In this document: piece after piece, positions 33,275 through 43,546 of the stretch
How positions within the stretch are numbered: position 1 is the first letter of the stretch
How the letters are laid out: every line of letters begins with the position of its first letter
Origin: an uncultured candidatus Porisulfidus sp.
Lineage (GTDB): Bacteria > Pseudomonadota > Gammaproteobacteria > Poriferisulfidales > Poriferisulfidaceae
Reading direction: 5' to 3'
Assembly: GCA_965199755.1 (NCBI GenBank)
Contig: CBDASZ010000002.1
Location: forward strand, 288,001 to 352,000
DNA: 64,000 nucleotides
Notes under the pieces: generated by a model
What the model was told of the DNA's origin: nothing
Databases searched by the model: none
The model's input: the letters and a program-made list of their open reading frames with translations, nothing else
Position numbers and translations under genes: made by a program

Positions 33275-35094
33275 AAGGAGAAACGCTGCGCGACCCGCTC
33301 CAGAAACTCATCATCTGGCAACTCCTCAGCCGCCTCCTGATACAGACGCACGGCCTCCTCGTGCCGCCCCTGCTGCCACAAGACTTCCACCAGATGCGCG
33401 GTGATCTCACCGTTCGGCAGCAGATTTTGCGCGCGCCGCAGGTAGTGTTCCGCGCGCTTGAGATCACCAAGGCGGTAATACGCCCAACCCATACTGTCGA
33501 GGATCGCCGCATCCTCCGGCAGCTGTTCGTGCGCGCGCTGGATATGGGCCAGTCCCTGCTCCAGATTCACGCCATGATCAACCCAGGTGTAGCCGAGCGC
33601 ATTCAGCGCACGCGCATCGTCCGGGTCGGCAGCCAGCACCAGACCCAGATCAGCTTCCACCTGGTCCAGTCGTCCCAGCCGCTCCGCATGTAAGGCGCGG
33701 CTGTACAGCAACAGCGAATCGCGCGAATAACGCCGCAACGCCTCGCTGAGCAGGTCATAGCCTGCCTGATACTGCTCATCGCCATACAGCATGTCGGCCT
33801 CGGCGATGTAGAGATGCAGAATATTTTCGTCATCACCGCTTCGCGCGCGGCTGATGCGCAAATGCAGTCGGGCGCGATCGATGCGCCCCACCTGCCACAG
33901 CAACTTCGCGATGCGGAGGCGCGCCTTGCGGAAATATTGATCCACGCCCAGATAATCGCGCTCCTCCACTTTATAGTAGTAATTCATCGCCGTAACGAAG
34001 CGGTTGTCATGCTCGGCCAGAAGACCGAGATAATAGGCAGCGACCGAATAGTTGAATGACGCCGGCTCATCCCGCACCAGAGAGTTGGGGTTCTGACTCA
34101 GATCGACAAACGCCTCGCGCGACTGTTCCCAGTCCTGCAGCGCTAGCGAAAGCGTGCCACGCTTCAGTTGCCAGTGCGGATTGTCCGGCTCTTCCTCAAG
34201 CAAAGGCTGCAAGGCTTCCATGGCTTCCTCCACGCGGCCCAGTTCGCCGAGCAGATTGACCAGCCTGCGCCATAGAGGCAGTTGCTCCTGTACTCTTATC
34301 GCCTGCTCCACACCCTCCCACAAAGCCTTCACCGCCTCGTCATCACGGCCCAGTAACCGCAAGGAATCGACTTTGACCCTCATCGGTAGGGCCCAGTAGC
34401 CGGTACGCTTCAAGGTCTCATCGGCGGCGAACAATGCCTCTTCAAGGTGTCCGGCTTCCTTCGCCGCTTCCGCAATATTCAGATAGGACTGCGGCTCATG
34501 CGGATAGTATCCCACCAGTTCGCGGAAAATATCCAGCCGATACGGTTGCGCTGCCGAGATCGACAACGAGTTCTTAACCGCTTCCATACTGAAGGTCAGC
34601 GGCAGGGTCCTGACTGCCAGCGCCTCAAGATACGCTTTTATCGCCTCGTCAACCTGTCCCTGAGCCGCATGAATCGCCCCCAGTATCCGCCAGGGCCGCG
34701 GATCGTCCGGCAGCACTTCCTGCCAACGCTTCGCCGCGCGCATCGCGCGGGCGTAGTCCTCCATCCATATCCCGATTTCAGTGCTGCGATAGGCGATCTC
34801 GGGATCGTCGGTCTTCAAGGACGCCTGATAGTAATGTTCAAAGGCCTCCGGCAACTCACCGCGATAGCCGTACATTTCGCCCTGCAACAACTCGTAGACT
34901 AGTTCGGCCAGCGTATCGGTTGGTACCTGGGCGTCTTGTGGCAGTTTCTCCAGAGGCTGGCAGGCCGAGGTCAACAGCGCCGCCGCGACCCCGATGATTC
35001 GGAGGTCGAGGGGACAAAAAGCCGCGGAAAGATGAACGCGGCGGCGGAGTTGGCATAAAATGGAAGGCACAAACGCCATTTTACTTGTGCGCAC
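33271..35094 (-). CDS. TPR-repeat lipoprotein (PA4667/LbcA-like)
   Basis: Lipobox LTSAC, multiple TPRs, ALNALGYTW and ILDSMGWAYYRLG; between hemA and lolB; true start probably downstream of 35094. Confidence 0.85.
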   Translation of the reverse strand: MRTSKMAFVPSILCQLRRRVHLSAAFCPLDLRIIGVAAALLTSACQPLEKLPQDAQVPTDTLAELVYELLQGEMYGYRGELPEAFEHYYQASLKTDDPEIAYRSTEIGIWMEDYARAMRAAKRWQEVLPDDPRPWRILGAIHAAQGQVDEAIKAYLEALAVRTLPLTFSMEAVKNSLSISAAQPYRLDIFRELVGYYPHEPQSYLNIAEAAKEAGHLEEALFAADETLKRTGYWALPMRVKVDSLRLLGRDDEAVKALWEGVEQAIRVQEQLPLWRRLVNLLGELGRVEEAMEALQPLLEEEPDNPHWQLKRGTLSLALQDWEQSREAFVDLSQNPNSLVRDEPASFNYSVAAYYLGLLAEHDNRFVTAMNYYYKVEERDYLGVDQYFRKARLRIAKLLWQVGRIDRARLHLRISRARSGDDENILHLYIAEADMLYGDEQYQAGYDLLSEALRRYSRDSLLLYSRALHAERLGRLDQVEADLGLVLAADPDDARALNALGYTWVDHGVNLEQGLAHIQRAHEQLPEDAAILDSMGWAYYRLGDLKRAEHYLRRAQNLLPNGEITAHLVEVLWQQGRHEEAVRLYQEAAEELPDDEFLERVAQRFSL

Positions 35095-35117
35095 GGCGGC
35101 GCGCTCCCTTCCTGCCC

Positions 35118-36383
35118 ATGTCTCTCTCCATTCTTGGCCTCAATCACCGCACCGCGCAACTTGAGTTGCGCGAGAAGCTGGCGTTCACCCCGGACACCAT
35201 GTCATCGGCGCTGCAGGAACTTCGCGCCGTGCCGGATGTGGAGGAGGCCATGATCCTCTCGACCTGCAACCGCACCGAGTTGTACCTCAGTCATCAGCGC
35301 GACGAAGCCGTCGAGCGGGTGCTGGAGTGGCTGTGCCAGTGGCATCAGGTGGATCGCAAACACATTCGGGACGCCCTGTACTGGCGCACCGGCACCGATG
35401 CCATTCGCCACGCCATTGAGGTCGCCAGCGGTCTGGACTCCATGGTGCTGGGAGAAACTGAGATTCTGGGCCAGTTCAAGCAAGCCTCCCGTGACGCCGA
35501 TGCCGCGGGCACGCTCGGCAGTCAGTTGCACAGCCTGACGCAACAAGCCTTCAGCACCGCCAAAGAGGTGCGCACCAACACGGAAATCAGCCGCAATCCG
35601 GTCTCGCTCGCACACGCGGCGGTATCCCTGACGCAACAGTTCTTCGATCGGCTGCAAGACCACCGGGCGTTGGTGGTCGGCGCGGGCGAAACCGCGCAAC
35701 TGGTGGCGCGCTATCTGCACGACCGCCAAATTGGCCACCTGACCATCGCCAACCGCAGTCTGGACCGAGCGCAAGCGCTGGCGCGCGAATTGCTGGCCCA
35801 TGCCATTCCGATCTCACACATGGAACAGGCGCTGAAGGATGCCGACATTGTGGTCAGCAGCACCAACAGCCCGCTGCCGATACTCGGCAAGGGACGTATC
35901 GAAGGGATCCTCCGGCAGCGCAAGCATCAGCCGCTCTACATGGTGGATCTGGCAGTCCCTCGCGACATTGAACCACAGATCGGCGAGTTGCCGGACGTGT
36001 ATCTGTATACCCTGGATGACTTGCGTCGGGTGGTGGAAGAAAACCTGAAGTCGCGCGAGCGGGCGCGAGAAGAAGCCAACGCGATCATCGCGCGGCACGT
36101 GGAGGCTTGCGCGCAGCGCGAACGCGGCGAATCCGCCTTTGACCTAATCCGGGAATACCGCGCGTCCTCACAGCAGTGGCGCGATCAAACTCTGGCGCAA
36201 GCCCGCCGGCGTCTGGCGCAAGGACAGAGCCCCAACGAAGTGCTGGAATGGCTGAGCCACACCCTGTGCAACCGTCTGATGCACGCACCCACACAGACCT
36301 TGAATCAAGCCGGTCAGGACGGAGACGAGGCGCTGTTGCAGGCCATGCGCCGTCTGCTGGACCTTGATCCTTCGGAGTCATGA
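35118..36383 (+). CDS. hemA: Glutamyl-tRNA reductase
   Basis: GLNHRTA, LSTCNRTE, SGLDSMVLGE, GAGE and DLAVPRDIE motifs. Confidence 0.97.
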   Translation: MSLSILGLNHRTAQLELREKLAFTPDTMSSALQELRAVPDVEEAMILSTCNRTELYLSHQRDEAVERVLEWLCQWHQVDRKHIRDALYWRTGTDAIRHAIEVASGLDSMVLGETEILGQFKQASRDADAAGTLGSQLHSLTQQAFSTAKEVRTNTEISRNPVSLAHAAVSLTQQFFDRLQDHRALVVGAGETAQLVARYLHDRQIGHLTIANRSLDRAQALARELLAHAIPISHMEQALKDADIVVSSTNSPLPILGKGRIEGILRQRKHQPLYMVDLAVPRDIEPQIGELPDVYLYTLDDLRRVVEENLKSRERAREEANAIIARHVEACAQRERGESAFDLIREYRASSQQWRDQTLAQARRRLAQGQSPNEVLEWLSHTLCNRLMHAPTQTLNQAGQDGDEALLQAMRRLLDLDPSES

Positions 36384-37462
36384 AGGACGCTATTCGGGAC
36401 CAACTCGACACTCTGGTCGCCCGACACGCCCAACTGCAAAGTGATCTGTCCCGCCCGGACGCTGCGGATGATCGCGATCACTACCGGGAATCCATGAGCG
36501 AAATGGCGCGCCTCGCCCGCGTGGTTGAGGATTACAGCGAGTATCAAGCCTGTATGCGAGAACGCGACGCGCTGGAGGAGATGCGCAAAGAGGATTCGGT
36601 GGATGCGGAGCTTGAGATCCTGGTGAGCGAAGAGCGTGCCCAGCTGACGCAAAAGATGGAAGCACTGGAGAAAACGCTGCTGCGCTTTCTGATTCCCGCC
36701 GATCCGCATGACGCTTGCGATGTGTTCCTGGAAATCCGTGCCGGCACCGGCGGTGAGGAAGCCGCCCTGTTTGCGGCGGACTTGTTTCGGATGTATGCGC
36801 GCTACGCGGAACGGCGCGGCTGGAGCCTGCAATTGCTGAGCGCGCATGAAAGTGAACAGGGGGGATTCCGCGAAGCGGTGTCTCGCATCAGCGGCAAGCA
36901 GGTCTACGCCTCTTTGAAATTCGAGTCTGGCACGCATCGGGTGCAGCGCATCCCGAAAACCGAGTCGCAAGGGCGCATTCACACCTCTGCGGCGACCGTC
37001 GCGGTGTTGCCGGAAATCGAAAAGACTGAAACCCTCACAATTGCACCGGAAGATCTGCGCATTGACCGGTTCCGCGCCTCCGGGGCGGGCGGACAGCATC
37101 TCAACAAGACCGATTCCGCCGTGCGCATCACCCACCTGCCAACCGGCCTGGCCATTGAATGCCAGAACGAGCGCTCGCAGCACCGCAACAAGGAACAAGC
37201 CATGGCGCTACTGCAGGCGCGCCTGCTGGATCAGGAACGACAGCGTCAAGCAGAGCAGGAATCCAGTCGGCGTCAAGAACTAATCGGCAGCGGTGATCGC
37301 TCCGAGCGCATCCGCACCTACAACTTCCCGCAGGGACGCCTCACCGACCACCGCATCGGCCTGACGGTGTACGCATTGCAGGAGATCCTCGAAGGAGATC
37401 TGGAAGCGGTCATTGAACCACTGCAGCATGAATTCCATGACCGCATCGACACATCAGCCTGA
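36380..37462 (+). CDS. prfA: Peptide chain release factor 1
   Basis: EIRAGTGGEEA, PKT motif, GAGGQH and RSERIRTYNFPQ. Confidence 0.97.
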   Translation: MKDAIRDQLDTLVARHAQLQSDLSRPDAADDRDHYRESMSEMARLARVVEDYSEYQACMRERDALEEMRKEDSVDAELEILVSEERAQLTQKMEALEKTLLRFLIPADPHDACDVFLEIRAGTGGEEAALFAADLFRMYARYAERRGWSLQLLSAHESEQGGFREAVSRISGKQVYASLKFESGTHRVQRIPKTESQGRIHTSAATVAVLPEIEKTETLTIAPEDLRIDRFRASGAGGQHLNKTDSAVRITHLPTGLAIECQNERSQHRNKEQAMALLQARLLDQERQRQAEQESSRRQELIGSGDRSERIRTYNFPQGRLTDHRIGLTVYALQEILEGDLEAVIEPLQHEFHDRIDTSA

Positions 37463-38300
37463 AAGCGCGTGTCTGCGTGACACATTGCAGGCCGCGCGGC
37501 ACACGCTGCAACACTGTAGCGACACACCCGATACGGACGCGCAATGGCTATGGAGCCATGCCTTGCAGCGCGATCAGGCTTGGCTTCTGGCGCACCCTGA
37601 ATATCGCCCTACGCCGCAGCAGCAACACCGTGGCGACTACCTGATTCGTCAGCGTCAGCAAGGACACAGCGTCGCGCACCTGTGCGGCTACAGCGGCTTT
37701 ATGGATTTCACACTGCACCTGAGCCCGCACGCTCTGGCACCGCGCCCTGAAACCGAGATTCTGGTCGTCGAGGCCCTGCGTATCCTGCCTGTGCGCGCGC
37801 AAGTACTGGAATGGGGAACCGGCAGCGGCGCAATTGCCCTTGCGATCGCCAAGGCCCGCCCGGATTGCAATATTCTGGCGCTGGACTGCGATCGGAAAAG
37901 TTTGAACCTCGCGCGCCGCAATGCTCTAACGCTGCGGCTTGGCAACGTCCGATTCGCATGGGGAGACTGGAACCGAAATACGAGCTGGCCGCAGGCATGC
38001 TACGACCTGATTCTGGCCAACCCCCCCTATATCGCGCCGCATGACGCCTGCCTGCAAGGGCCGGGTGTGCGCCGCGAACCGCGACGCGCACTGGTATCTG
38101 CGAACACAGGGCTTCAAGCGATATATTCCATCTCATATCGTGCCCGAGAAAATATATGCAGGAATGGATGGTTGATGCTAGAGCATGGTGATAACCAGGG
38201 TCTTGTGTGTGGGCGCATGTTGCGGCGTGCCGGATGGGGACAAGTGCGCTCTGCATCAGACTGGTCAGGGACGCCCCGCGCAATCTGCGCGCATCGGTAA
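37437..38300 (+). CDS. prmC: Release factor glutamine methyltransferase
   Basis: PRPETE, GTGSGAIA, NPPY and LEHG motifs; follows prfA. Confidence 0.93.
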   Translation: MTASTHQPESACLRDTLQAARHTLQHCSDTPDTDAQWLWSHALQRDQAWLLAHPEYRPTPQQQHRGDYLIRQRQQGHSVAHLCGYSGFMDFTLHLSPHALAPRPETEILVVEALRILPVRAQVLEWGTGSGAIALAIAKARPDCNILALDCDRKSLNLARRNALTLRLGNVRFAWGDWNRNTSWPQACYDLILANPPYIAPHDACLQGPGVRREPRRALVSANTGLQAIYSISYRARENICRNGWLMLEHGDNQGLVCGRMLRRAGWGQVRSASDWSGTPRAICAHR

Positions 38301-38345
38301 CCCTGTGCGACTGGCCATGTCACCCTCTTCGGTAGAATTATCGCC

Positions 38346-38849
38346 ATGACACGGCTGCCCCCGCTCCACCTCATGGGTCTGCTGCTATGCCTTGGCGCAT
38401 TGGCGTTCGCCTATTTCTATCTGGAGCGTACTCTGGGACTGGAACCATGCCCGCTGTGCGTTCTGGATCGCATTCTGCTGGGAACTCTGGCGGGTATTTT
38501 CGCTTTGGCATGGCTGCAGCAACCCAACCGACGCGACCGCATCGGCTACGACATCGGTGCACTGGTCTTCTCCGCGGGCGGTTTGGCTGTGGCCGGGAGA
38601 CATGTCTATCTACAGCACGTGCCCCCGGATACGCTGGGAGACTGCGGTGCGGGATTCTGGCACCTGATGGAAGAAATCGGCATTGAAGGAGCTGTGGCCT
38701 CAGCGCTGCGCGGCGGAGGCGATTGCGGTGCCATTCAGTGGACCCTCTTTGGGCTGTCGATCCCCACCCTCACCCTGATCCTGTTTGGGATGCTGTTTTT
38801 GATGGCGCTTATTGATATGGTTGGGACCAGTTTGCAGAAAAGTTTTTGA
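38346..38849 (+). CDS. dsbB: Disulfide bond formation protein DsbB
   Basis: LEPCPLC, second periplasmic Cys pair and W..FGLSIP; 4 TM segments. Confidence 0.92.
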   Translation: MTRLPPLHLMGLLLCLGALAFAYFYLERTLGLEPCPLCVLDRILLGTLAGIFALAWLQQPNRRDRIGYDIGALVFSAGGLAVAGRHVYLQHVPPDTLGDCGAGFWHLMEEIGIEGAVASALRGGGDCGAIQWTLFGLSIPTLTLILFGMLFLMALIDMVGTSLQKSF

Positions 38850-39194
38850 ATTTCTCGAAGAGCAAGAATGAAATTCACATTGAAATTCCCGTTCATTGAA
38901 AAATCCATACTACACTTCCCAGTTGAGCTCCTTAATGGAGCAGACAAGTTATCCCAAAAGTAGTTTGAAACTTTGATTGCAGAAATGCAAGAGGTCAATT
39001 TATGATAACCCCCGTTCGCTCAGCAAAAGCCGTTCGCGCTCTGCTACGGGTGCACGGCGTGCCTCACGGGCCTATACCGAAGCCAACGAAGGCTGATTTG
39101 GAGCACAAGTTTGTGATGCGGATTAACTGATACGGAAAGCCAACCATCAAGGAAGTCTAAAATACGGTCTTGTCAACTCTCCCCTATAATTCCC
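38850..39194. mobile_element. AT-rich remnant ending in a probable IS1595-family (ISNwi1-like) terminal inverted repeat
   Basis: Sharp GC drop. Reverse complement of 39169-39194 is GGGAATTATAGGGGAGAGTTGACAAG, which fits the ggnnatTAT end pattern and is followed by the AT-only octamer ATTTAAAT. Confidence 0.5.
39002..39130 (+). CDS. Small hypothetical peptide (42 aa) in the IS remnant, possibly truncated from 52 codons
   Basis: GAGG Shine-Dalgarno then MITPVRSAKAVRALLRVHGVPHGPIPKPTKADLEHKFVMRIN*; the frame stays open to TAA at 39160. Confidence 0.4.
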   Translation: MITPVRSAKAVRALLRVHGVPHGPIPKPTKADLEHKFVMRIN

Positions 39195-39220
39195 ATTTAA
39201 ATAGCTACAGGGCTACATTG

Positions 39221-39640
39221 ATGCGTCTGTTACTCTCGCTCTTCTTGGGTGTTGCCGCGGCAATGCCTGTTGGTGCCGAAATGCCGCGTCAGGCCTCATC
39301 GGAAGGCGCGGAAGTTTATTTCATCAGCCCACAAAACGGCGCGACCGTCTCGTCCCCGTTTCGCGTCACGTTCGGGTTGCGCGGCATGGGCGTCGCTCCC
39401 GCCGGCATAAACCAGCCAAACACCGGTCATCATCACTTGCTGATTAATGCGCCGGAAGTCGATCTTGGCATGCCGCTTCCGGCAAACGATCAGGTCCGAC
39501 ATTTTGGAGGCGGGCAGACCGAGGCAGAACTCAGTCTGGAACCAGGCACTTATAGGTTGCAGCTGGTGCTCGGCGATTACGCGCACATCCCCCACGACCC
39601 GCCGATCGCATCAGAAAGCATCACGATCACCGTCGAGTAA
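39221..39640 (+). CDS. DUF4399-domain secreted protein
   Basis: Signal peptide; VYFISP.NGATV, FGLRGMGVAPAG, TGHHHLLIN, HFGGGQTE and L.LGD..H.PH patterns. Confidence 0.85.
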   Translation: MRLLLSLFLGVAAAMPVGAEMPRQASSEGAEVYFISPQNGATVSSPFRVTFGLRGMGVAPAGINQPNTGHHHLLINAPEVDLGMPLPANDQVRHFGGGQTEAELSLEPGTYRLQLVLGDYAHIPHDPPIASESITITVE

Positions 39641-39643
39641 GTC

Positions 39644-40552
39644 TCAAGCCCAGTCGACCTCACCGCGAAACCGCGCCATCATTTCGGCTTCCGGCGAATC
39701 TGCCGCTGGCTGATAGTCGTAACTCCAGGTACATTTCGGCGGCAGGGACATCAGGATTGATTCCGCGCGCTGGCTGTTTTGCAGCCCAAACAGCGTCCCC
39801 CGGTCATACAGCAAATTGAACTCCACATAGCGGCCGCGCCGATATTTCTGAAAAGCGCGCTCGCGTTCGCCGTAAGATATCTCCCAGCGACGTTCTACAA
39901 GCGGCACATACGCCTCCAAAAAACCGTCCGCGACAGATTGCATCAGTGCAAAACAGCGCGCAAAGTCCCATTCATTGAGATCATCAAAAAACAAGCCGCC
40001 GATACCACGCGATTCCCCGCGGTGGGGCAGATAAAAGTAGGTGTCGCACCATTCGGAAAACCGCGAATAGATCTCTTCGCCGAACGGGGCGCACGCCTTG
40101 CGCGCCTGTTCGCGCCAATGACAAACGTCTTCCGCAAAACTGTAGTACGGCGTCAAATCAAAGCCGCCACCGAACCACCAATGCGCCTCACCCTGTTCGG
40201 AGTGAGCGATAAAAAAGCGGGTATTGCAGTGCGCGGTCGGGGCATAAGGGTTGCGGGGATGGCACACGATCGACACCCCCATGGCCTGAAACGTGCAGCC
40301 CGCCAGTTCCGGGTGGCGCGCAGTTGCCGCCTGCGGCAGCGCATCACCGTACACGTGCGAGAAATTCACGCCCGCCTTCTCAAAGCAGACGCCCTCTTCT
40401 AACACCCGCGTCTCACCGCGACTGCCGCCGCCCTGCTGCCAAGGATCACGCCGGAATGTCGCCTGCGTCTCAAATGCTTCGAACACCGTGCAGGCACGCT
40501 CCTGATACGTCTCCAGAAAATCGCGCACCGCCTGCTCGTTGGGCTCACTCAT
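39644..40552 (-). CDS. hemF: Oxygen-dependent coproporphyrinogen III oxidase
   Basis: EKAGVNFS, HPRNPYAPT.H.N.R, WWFGGGFDLTP and RRGRYVEFNL motifs. Confidence 0.97.
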   Translation of the reverse strand: MSEPNEQAVRDFLETYQERACTVFEAFETQATFRRDPWQQGGGSRGETRVLEEGVCFEKAGVNFSHVYGDALPQAATARHPELAGCTFQAMGVSIVCHPRNPYAPTAHCNTRFFIAHSEQGEAHWWFGGGFDLTPYYSFAEDVCHWREQARKACAPFGEEIYSRFSEWCDTYFYLPHRGESRGIGGLFFDDLNEWDFARCFALMQSVADGFLEAYVPLVERRWEISYGERERAFQKYRRGRYVEFNLLYDRGTLFGLQNSQRAESILMSLPPKCTWSYDYQPAADSPEAEMMARFRGEVDWA

Positions 40553-41118
40553 GCATCACCTCCCGGTCGCAGCACCGCACCGCTCGCCAGATCCCGAATC
40601 TCGCTTGGTCCAGCCGCGGTTCCCAAAGCGCCTTCAATCACGCCGTCAAGCCGCGTCCCAAACATCGTATCCAGATCTTCAATGTTGCGTGCCGTGGACT
40701 GCCCTTCTTCATTCGCGCTAGTGGACACCAACGCACCGAGTTGCTCGCATATCTGTTTGCACAGCGTATGGCGGGTGATTCGAATGGCTTGTGTTTGATG
40801 CGTCCCGCGCAGCAATGACGGGGCCTCCTCCAGCGCGGGCACCAGCCATGTGACCGCCTGCTCTTGCCGCATGATCTGTTCGCACTGCTGCTCCTGCAAA
40901 GGGGAAATATAACACGCCAGATCCTCAATCCGCGTGGCAATCAGGATCAGTCCCTTGGATGGATCGCGCCGCTTGATGTCAAGCAGGCGTCGCAACGTCT
41001 GTGGCTGATTCGGCACACAACCCAGTCCCCATACGCCTTCGGTCGGATAGCCGACGACCTGACCGCCACGCAGGGCCTGAATGCCTTCCTCAAGCGTCAA
41101 GCGGCGACACTGAGACAT
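40549..41118 (-). CDS. tsaC: Threonylcarbamoyl-AMP synthase (YrdC/Sua5)
   Basis: YPTEGVWGLGC, K.R...KGLILIA and LVSTSAN motifs. Confidence 0.94.
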   Translation of the reverse strand: MSQCRRLTLEEGIQALRGGQVVGYPTEGVWGLGCVPNQPQTLRRLLDIKRRDPSKGLILIATRIEDLACYISPLQEQQCEQIMRQEQAVTWLVPALEEAPSLLRGTHQTQAIRITRHTLCKQICEQLGALVSTSANEEGQSTARNIEDLDTMFGTRLDGVIEGALGTAAGPSEIRDLASGAVLRPGGDA

Positions 41119-41130
41119 CCGTATTGCGGT

Positions 41131-43449
41131 TCAGGCGCGCGGGCGCTTGCGCGCGCCGCGCCGGCGTTTCGGTGCCTCCGCCAGCAGGCGTTCGCATTCC
41201 TCCAGACTCAGACTTTTGGGGTCGGTGTCCTTGGGCACATTGGCGTTGGTCTTGCCATCCGTGATGTAGGGACCGTAGCGGCCGTTGAGCACCTGAATCC
41301 CCGTGTCGAAGTCCTGAATGATTCGGTTCGCCTCCTTCTCGCGATGCTCCGCGATCAACTCATCAGCGCGCTCACGCGTCACGGTCATCGGATCCTCGCC
41401 CTCCGGCAGGGAGACGAACTTTTTGGCACCGTAGCGGATGTAGGGGCCGTAACGCCCGTAGTTGGTCTCAATCGTCTCGCCGTCCTCCCCGATGCCCAGC
41501 CCGCGCGGCAACTCCAACAGTTTCAAGGCGTCTTCAAGCGTCAGGGTGTCCGGGTCCTGCCCTTTGCGGAGACTGGCGAATCGGGGCTTCTCCTCATCTT
41601 CCCGATCCCCCACCTGTACGTATGGCCCATAGCGACCGATGCGCACCCGCACTGGCTTGCCGCTGTCCGGGTCTGTGCCCAGTTCACGCATTTGCTGCGC
41701 TTCTTGGCGCGAGACCGTCTCGTTCTTTTCCTGCAACTGCTGTTCAAACGGCTTCCAGAAAGAATCAACCAGAGGCACCCACTGGGTTTCGCCGCGCGCC
41801 ACTTCGTCCAGTGAGTCTTCCATCTCGGCGGTGAAGTGATAATCCACGTAATGCGTGAAATGGTCGGTCAGGAACCGGCACACCGCCTTACCGATGGTGG
41901 TCGGACGGAAGGCTTTTTGCTCCATCGTCGCATACTCGCGCTGGCGCAACGTTGACAGGATGGCGGCGTAGGTGGACGGGCGCCCAATACCGTTTTCTTC
42001 CAGCGCCTTCACCAGTGAAGCCTCGCTGTAGCGCGGCGGGGGTTCCGTGAAATGCTGCTTCGCCTGCACCTCGAGCAGTGCGGGCTTGTCGCCCTCCGCC
42101 AGTTTCGGCAGCAGGCGTTCATCCTTGTGTCCGGCGCTGTGTTTGTCGTCGCGGCCTTCAAGGTACACCTGCATGAAGCCTTTGACGCGCACATGTGATC
42201 CGGTGGCGCGCAACAGCACCTCGCCGCCACCGTCCATATCCACCGTCACCACGTCCAGAATCGCCGGAATCATCTGACTGGCCACCGTGCGCTGCCAGAT
42301 CAGTGCGTACAGTCTCTGCTGATCCTCATCCAGACGTCCCGCCGTTTGATCCGGCGTCAGCGCGGCATTGGTGGGGCGAATCGCCTCATGCGCCTCTTGC
42401 GCGTTCTTGCTGCGCGTCTTGTAGCGAATCGGCTCCTCCGGTATTTGGTCGTCCCCGTAGCGCTTGACGATCACCTCACGCAAGTTGCCAAGCGCGCTGT
42501 TCGACAGCGTCTGCGAATCCGTGCGCATGTAAGTGATCAGGCCGCCGCTCTCATCGCCCCCCAAGTCCAGCCCTTCGTACATGCGCTGCGCGATCGTCAT
42601 GGTCTTGCGCGCGGAGAATCCGAGCTTGCGCGCCGCTTCCTGCTGCAGCGTGGAAGTGGTGAATGGTGGTGTCGGTCGGCGCTTGCGCTGCTTGCGCTGC
42701 ACGGATGCCACGACCAGTCCCTCGGCGTACGCACTCACTCGATCGCGGGCCTCATGCGCTTGCTCCTGCGTCGTCAGGTCATGTTTCTTCAACTTCTTGC
42801 CGTGCAAGGCATGCAACTGGGCATCGAACTCCTGGCCGCCGCTCTCCAGCCGCGCCCGCACACTCCAGTACTCTTGCGGCTCAAACGCCTCGATTTCCGC
42901 TTCCCGCTCCACCACCATGCGCAGGGCCGGGCTTTGCACCCGTCCGGCTGACAGTTTGGGGCCGATTTTGCGCCACAGCAATGGCGACAATTTGAAACCG
43001 ACCAGATGATCAATCGCGCGGCGCGCCTGATAAGCATCGATCAGCGGCATGGACAACTCGCGCGGGTTCTCCAGCGCGTGCGTCACCGCTTCGCGCGTGA
43101 TCTCGTGAAACACAATGCGGTACACCTGCTTGTCTTGCAGTTTCTTGCGCGCTTCAAGCAAGGTGAACACCGACCAGGAGATGGCCTCGCCTTCGCGGTC
43201 CGGGTCTGAAGCCAGATACAAACGTTCGCATGAACCCAGCGCGGTGATGATCTCGCGCAAATGCTTCTCGCTGCCCTTGTTGAGTACGTACTCCGGCATG
43301 TAATCCTTCTCTATATCGATCGCGCCATCTTTCGGCTTCAGATCCTGCAGATGACCGTAGGACGCCAGTACCTTGAATCCCGGACCCAAATACTTTTCAA
43401 TCGTCCGGGCTTTCGCCGGCGATTCCACAATAACTAGACTGTTTGACAT
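41131..43449 (-). CDS. topA: DNA topoisomerase I with C-terminal GRYGPY repeats and no Zn ribbons
   Basis: IVESPAKA, SDPDREGEAI, SAGRVQS, LITYMRTDS, QEAHEAIRP and GIGRPSTY motifs; three GRYGPY repeats and a basic tail. Confidence 0.97.
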   Translation of the reverse strand: MSNSLVIVESPAKARTIEKYLGPGFKVLASYGHLQDLKPKDGAIDIEKDYMPEYVLNKGSEKHLREIITALGSCERLYLASDPDREGEAISWSVFTLLEARKKLQDKQVYRIVFHEITREAVTHALENPRELSMPLIDAYQARRAIDHLVGFKLSPLLWRKIGPKLSAGRVQSPALRMVVEREAEIEAFEPQEYWSVRARLESGGQEFDAQLHALHGKKLKKHDLTTQEQAHEARDRVSAYAEGLVVASVQRKQRKRRPTPPFTTSTLQQEAARKLGFSARKTMTIAQRMYEGLDLGGDESGGLITYMRTDSQTLSNSALGNLREVIVKRYGDDQIPEEPIRYKTRSKNAQEAHEAIRPTNAALTPDQTAGRLDEDQQRLYALIWQRTVASQMIPAILDVVTVDMDGGGEVLLRATGSHVRVKGFMQVYLEGRDDKHSAGHKDERLLPKLAEGDKPALLEVQAKQHFTEPPPRYSEASLVKALEENGIGRPSTYAAILSTLRQREYATMEQKAFRPTTIGKAVCRFLTDHFTHYVDYHFTAEMEDSLDEVARGETQWVPLVDSFWKPFEQQLQEKNETVSRQEAQQMRELGTDPDSGKPVRVRIGRYGPYVQVGDREDEEKPRFASLRKGQDPDTLTLEDALKLLELPRGLGIGEDGETIETNYGRYGPYIRYGAKKFVSLPEGEDPMTVTRERADELIAEHREKEANRIIQDFDTGIQVLNGRYGPYITDGKTNANVPKDTDPKSLSLEECERLLAEAPKRRRGARKRPRA

Positions 43450-43546
43450 GACGGTGTCAGAGCGAGCAAAAATTGCGTGAGTGAGAAAGTCAGTCACGTG
43501 TCTTTTTTAAGATTATCACATTAGCGAGGGCGCAAAGCTCTGGATC

